DNA of 62,414 nucleotides, from the NCBI GenBank assembly GCA_009602735.1, contig WELA01002374.1, positions 190,787-253,200 on the forward strand, written 5' to 3'. The stretch comes from Mesotaenium endlicherianum (Eukaryota). The translations under genes were made by a program, and so were the position numbers. Under the pieces are notes generated by a model that was given only the letters and a program-made list of their open reading frames with translations, ran no database searches and was not told the DNA's origin. How positions within the stretch are numbered: position 1 is the first letter of the stretch; every line of letters starts with the position of its first letter. This document shows, piece after piece, positions 58,401-62,414 of the stretch.

Positions 58401-59392
58401 TCCAAATAAGACAAGCTATACGTGCGTTGCCAGGGTGGCTGACTCCCAGATAATAAATCAATCCTATGATCTACTTCCCTCTTAGGGGGTAGTCCTGGAG
58501 GCATATTAAATACATCCGTGTACTGAGCAACAATTTTTGCAGCAGTAGGGTGCTCCGGAGGGCTTACCTTTTTCTCATCCACTTCTTCAGGTTGAGGAGG
58601 TACCTCTTTTAGCAATAGACAGAACATTCTGTCTTCCTTCTGGTTCCAGCTTTTGACGAACTCCATTGCATTTATCAACTTGCATCCTTCTGGAAGCCTC
58701 TTCTTTTCCTTCATTTGCCATCCACATAGGACAAGAGGAAGAGCACTGGTGGGTGCCAAGTCAGTCTGCCCATCACTGGCTCCTCTCACTTTAACTGTAC
58801 CTCTGCTCCAACACACTTCAGCTTGATGTCTATTAAGCCAGGACCTGCCTAGCACGAGATCATAAAAGCCAGTGTTGAGTACCTCAAATGTAAGCGTTTC
58901 AGTTAGAACTGCAATGCCAGAACCTAACTGGACCTCAATAGGCTTGGTTATAACTCCTCCCGGGATACTTGAGGCATCTCCAAGGAATATTTTTCTATTC
59001 CCTTGGGTGACAGTAGGCAGCCTTAGCCGCTTAACTAAGTCCTTGTGGATAAAAGTATGTGACGCCCCTCCGTCAACAAATGCCCTCACCTTCCTACCTG
59101 CAATCATGCAATGCAGTAGGATAGGGGGGACTGTCTTTTCCTGACTTTCGCATTGTTCTCCTGACGTAGCAAAGAAATGTTGGACATCAGGTGGAACAAG
59201 AGCATCCAGAGTGTGCACTCTCTGGACGTCTATATTGCTGATGGTCTCCTTTATCTGGTTGTCAGGCATGCATAGTGAATCCAGTTCAGCAGGACCCATA
59301 ATACCTGCTACGAGGGCAGCTAGTGACGACTCACTATCTCTAGCATCCTCACAGTCAGTAGACTGGATTACTGACTGTTGCTGTCTTTTAAA
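55459..59392 (-). pseudogene. pol: pol of element 2 (protease, RT, RNase H, integrase, chromodomain)
   Basis: [90 protein letters not shown]...IRWKGYNASGDTWE. In-frame TAA at ~56802; frame breaks at N joins 57885 and 55675; stop at 55459. Confidence 0.95.
59351..59392 (-). promoter_or_regulatory. -1 programmed ribosomal frameshift signal (gag-pol)
   Basis: U UUA AAA at 59392-59386 in the gag frame, 7-nt spacer, then a perfect 10-bp stem ACAGUCAGUA/UACUGACUGU. The -1 frame is open into pol. Confidence 0.8.
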
Positions 59393-60845
59393 GGCTGGTC
59401 TTTTCTCTCGACCTTAGGCAGGTGCTTGACCGGACACTGTTCTCTGTAGTGGCCTTTCTGCTGACAATGGTAGCAAGTAGATTTTGCTGAGGCTGGTCTC
59501 GGCTTAGTCCTACCACCACCCCTTCCATAGCCACCTCGAGAGGGACCACCTCTACCTCTAGACTGAATAGCATTGTACTCATACTCATATTCATCACCCT
59601 GATTATCCTCAGCCTGGTCTCCTTCAACTGCATTGTAGGAACCGTGGGGCTTTTTGACAATCTTAGACACCAAAGCGTTACTCTGGCGCTTGTGATTGAA
59701 CTGCTGCTGATCCCAGGCGTCAGCATCCTGGATCAAGTCAGCCAGTTTCTCATACTTTTTCTCAGCAAAATGACCAGAGACCTCGGATTTCAAGCCATAC
59801 CTGAAGTATGCTATCCTATACCGTTCTGGCAAATCAGGCTGCTTCATCATGTTCTCTTGGAACTTTTGAGCAAACTCAGCAACTGAAGTGGTCTGCTTCA
59901 GTGTCAGGGAGATCATCGCATAGATAGCTTTCTCCTGCTGGTTGATGACATCAAACTTCTCATGCAACTTCTCGACAAACTCTACCCACGTAGGGTCACC
60001 GAGTTGCTGAGCCTTACGCTCTCCTTTCCAGTAAAGCCACCAGTCTGCGGCACTGCCTTTCAGTAGCGCACCGGTGTGCCTGACCTTCTCGTAATCTTGC
60101 AGTTCTGGGTAGTTCTCCAGCCACTGCTCAACATCCGCGAGAAACTTGACAGGTAATATTTTCTGTTTCCCTCACGATCATATTCCTAAGGAGGTTTTGG
60201 CTTGGGCTTACTAGGCCCTCGGCCACCACCACTAGTGGTTTGAGACCCCAGTTGGTCTCTGTCCCGCAGTAGAGACATTATGATTCTTTTGTCCTCCTGC
60301 TGGGACTGATACATGGTCGCCATTTGCGACTGCATTTGAACGAACAATGCTCCCAAGTCTACATTCTGGGGTGGTAGATTAGCAAATGCAGCAGCAGCAT
60401 TGGCATCTACTCGCTGAGTAGTGTCCTCAACAATCCCTCTTGCTCCTGCAGCAGCAATTCCTGCCGCATTCAGCCGGTCACGTATTTGACCTAGGGGTAC
60501 ATTGAGTTGTACGGCAGGAGGTGGGTTCAGAACATTGGCCCTTGATGCCATAAGTTCTTCAACAGTGCGCTCGTCAGCTGGCTGTCCTTCCCTCCTTTGT
60601 ATATCTTCAGCGGCCTTTGCTACTTGTTCAGCTTCTAGTCTGGCTATCTCCTCCTCAGCTTGCTGAGCTGCGACTGAGGCAATAGCAGCTGCCTCATCTG
60701 CAGCCTCCCTAGCTGCAGTATCCGCTACTGCTTCCGAATAGGTACGGTTTCCCGCTACATGGCTTTCCGCCTGGTTTTCGACATTCTCGTTATCCTGGTT
60801 CTCCATGTCTCGGGAGTTGCTAGTTTGAGACCTTGTCCTTACCAT
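59368..60845 (-). pseudogene. gag: gag of element 2
   Basis: Starts MVRTRSQ at 60845. Retrotrans-gag-like LKGSAADWW..TWVEFVEKLHEKF..QTTSVAEFAQKF..FRYGLK, RGG-rich segment and zinc knuckle CYHCQQKGHYREQC. Premature TAG at 60186 plus a frameshift near 60165. Confidence 0.92.
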
Positions 60846-60866
60846 ACAAAGAAGACTGTGATAACT

Positions 60867-60878
60867 GCTCCGATACCA
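60867..60878 (-). promoter_or_regulatory. Primer binding site (initiator Met tRNA type)
   Basis: TGGTATCGGAGC 1 nt inside the 5' LTR end, versus canonical TGGTATCAGAGC. Confidence 0.9.
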
Positions 60879-60879
60879 C

Positions 60880-61600
60880 TGAAATGAATCGACTTACCAA
60901 ATAGGCGATTAACAATTAATAAAGATCTTTATATCAGCAAGTAATCTTTATGGTATTTTCCGTTAACTGGTTAAACGGCAAAGGACAACACACTAGCAGT
61001 GAATAATACTCGTAAGTCAAATGCGAGTAAACTAGCATCAATAATGCAATCAGTAGACTCATACATAAGCAAGGTTAGAAGACAGTGCGTATCAATGGCT
61101 TCTCGCCTTGGATTCAGTTATCTCTCTCAGTCAGCTGTACAAGAGAGTTGGCCTCGTTTCCAAATGCCGAACTCGAGAGCAATGCCTAGCATTTATACAT
61201 GGAATGAGTTTATTGTTCAACGGCCAGTGCGATGGCACCGCCTCCCCGGGAGTTAACCACGTTGGTAGGACCTCGATTAACCAAATCCACCGCCATCTCC
61301 CATCATCTCGAATCGCCATCCATCATGGGGATGTCATCTGGCCATTCATCTAGCATACCACACTTAGATGCATATCGAGGCAGTTCGTTGCTACCAAGTA
61401 CGGAAGTCAGCTGGCTGTCAAAGAATGTGTCAGCAAGCTGACTTAAGTTGACTTCAGCCTGCTGCTTCCGGCTGAGTCATTAAACTGATAATTATATAAA
61501 GTCCAGCAGACTGACTGTTAATTAAAGTTCAGCAGGCTGAACTTAATTAACTATTATATTTAAATGAATATTATATTCACTAATATACTGATTCATTACA
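60880..61600 (-). repeat. 5' LTR of element 2 (721 bp)
   Basis: Matches 52635-53353. Contains an imperfect palindrome at 61517-61551 and a TATA-like TTTATATAA at 61500-61492. Confidence 0.97.
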
Positions 61601-62295
61601 CCGACATTCAAGTGGCGAGGCCACCAAGGGCACTCAGGGCCACCGACTGCTGCAACCCGTCGGTTGGCCCATGCGCAGCCGACCAACATGTGCTCAGCCG
61701 CCAGGAACCGTCACAGCCTGCAGGAGTATCACGGCTTAGTGGGCAACCGTCCGACTGCACGAACATAAGTGTGCAAGCTTCTCTTACAAGCTTAGCATGT
61801 GCTAAAGTGAGCTCGACCTATCACAAGTATTTAGCATATTCTAGCATCTCGCTTTTGATTGGATTGAGTAGTAACTAGCCTATTGGAGCGCTAGCACAAT
61901 AGGTATGTGTGTGTGTATGCAAAGGTAGATCTTAGATGAAGACTACATGCATTGAATCCGCGCCTAATTGCCGGGTTTCCAGGAGTATAAGTACTAGAGA
62001 TGTCCTTAGATCATCAGGGGGGGGGCGCCACAAGCTTTGCAAGGGGCAGCCGAGACCGACGCCGACGCCGGACTGACGACGCTGTCGCGGCCCCCAGAGC
62101 AGCCAGGACGCGCCACATGGCAGCTTTCCAGCAGCCAAGCCCGCACCAGTAGCTGCAGCCGTTTCTGCAGTTGCGCCAGCGACGGCCGCTGCGCTATTAG
62201 CTGTTGCGCACGCGCCTGTGCCAGCAGCGCATGCGCCTGCGGCATCGGCACACACGCCAGCGCCGGCAGCCACGCCAACAGCTGCTATGCACGCG

Positions 62296-62414
62296 TGAAA
62301 TGAATCGGCTTACCAATTAGGCGATTAACAATTAATGAAGATCTTTATATCAGCAAGTAATCTTTATGGTATTTCCGTTAACTAATTAAACGGCAAAGGA
62401 CAATACACTAGCAG
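62296..62414 (-). mobile_element. Third LTR of the element-2 family, truncated by the window edge
   Basis: TGAAATGAATCGGCTTACCAATTAGGCGATTAAC... closely matches both element-2 LTRs. No PBS is adjacent, so it is a solo LTR or the 3' LTR of another copy. Confidence 0.93.

Larger units (their letters stand above)
52635..61600 (-). mobile_element. Full-length Ty3/gypsy chromovirus LTR retrotransposon with extra 3' ORF (decayed copy)
   Basis: LTRs 60880-61600 (5') and 52635-53353 (3') have TG..CA ends. 5-bp TSD CCGAC at 52630-52634 and 61601-61605. PBS, PPT and gag, PR-RT-RH-IN-chromodomain order are all present. Confidence 0.97.

Noticed and set aside
59060..59080. Protease motif DGG instead of DSG/DTG
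   Set aside because: DGG variants occur in plant Ty3/gypsy proteases, so it is not clearly a lesion or a novelty.

Overview
Eukaryotic nuclear DNA from an intron-rich green plant. An NMCP/CRWN gene plus GC-rich exons points to a streptophyte alga (inference). The left 41 kb holds five spliced genes in alternating orientation, reconstructed by hand with phase-consistent GT-AG junctions: a 2Fe-2S ferredoxin-like gene (+, 5' exon unresolved), an unusually long (~2000 aa) NMCP/CRWN nuclear-lamina protein (-), MED6 (+), PDAP1/PP28 (-) and an NRAMP1-type metal transporter (+) with a DPAN instead of DPGN motif. The right 21 kb is AT-rich TE territory. It contains an internally deleted Ty3/gypsy chromovirus inside a (GA)n microsatellite (43548-47307), a full-length but decayed chromovirus (52635-61600, -, TSD CCGAC, iMet PBS) and the start of a third LTR of that family. 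The most notable items are three. First, the full-length element has an extra sense, non-env ORF between pol and the 3' LTR, with a TACTAAC branch point and CAG acceptor directly before its ATG, and it is bracketed by a duplicated PPT. Second, the same element has a UUUAAAA -1 frameshift signal with a perfect 10-bp stem and a possible multi-stem pseudoknot. Third, many host introns have C-rich 5' ends and G-rich 3' ends with no polypyrimidine tract. All family assignments are from motif recognition; no searches were run.
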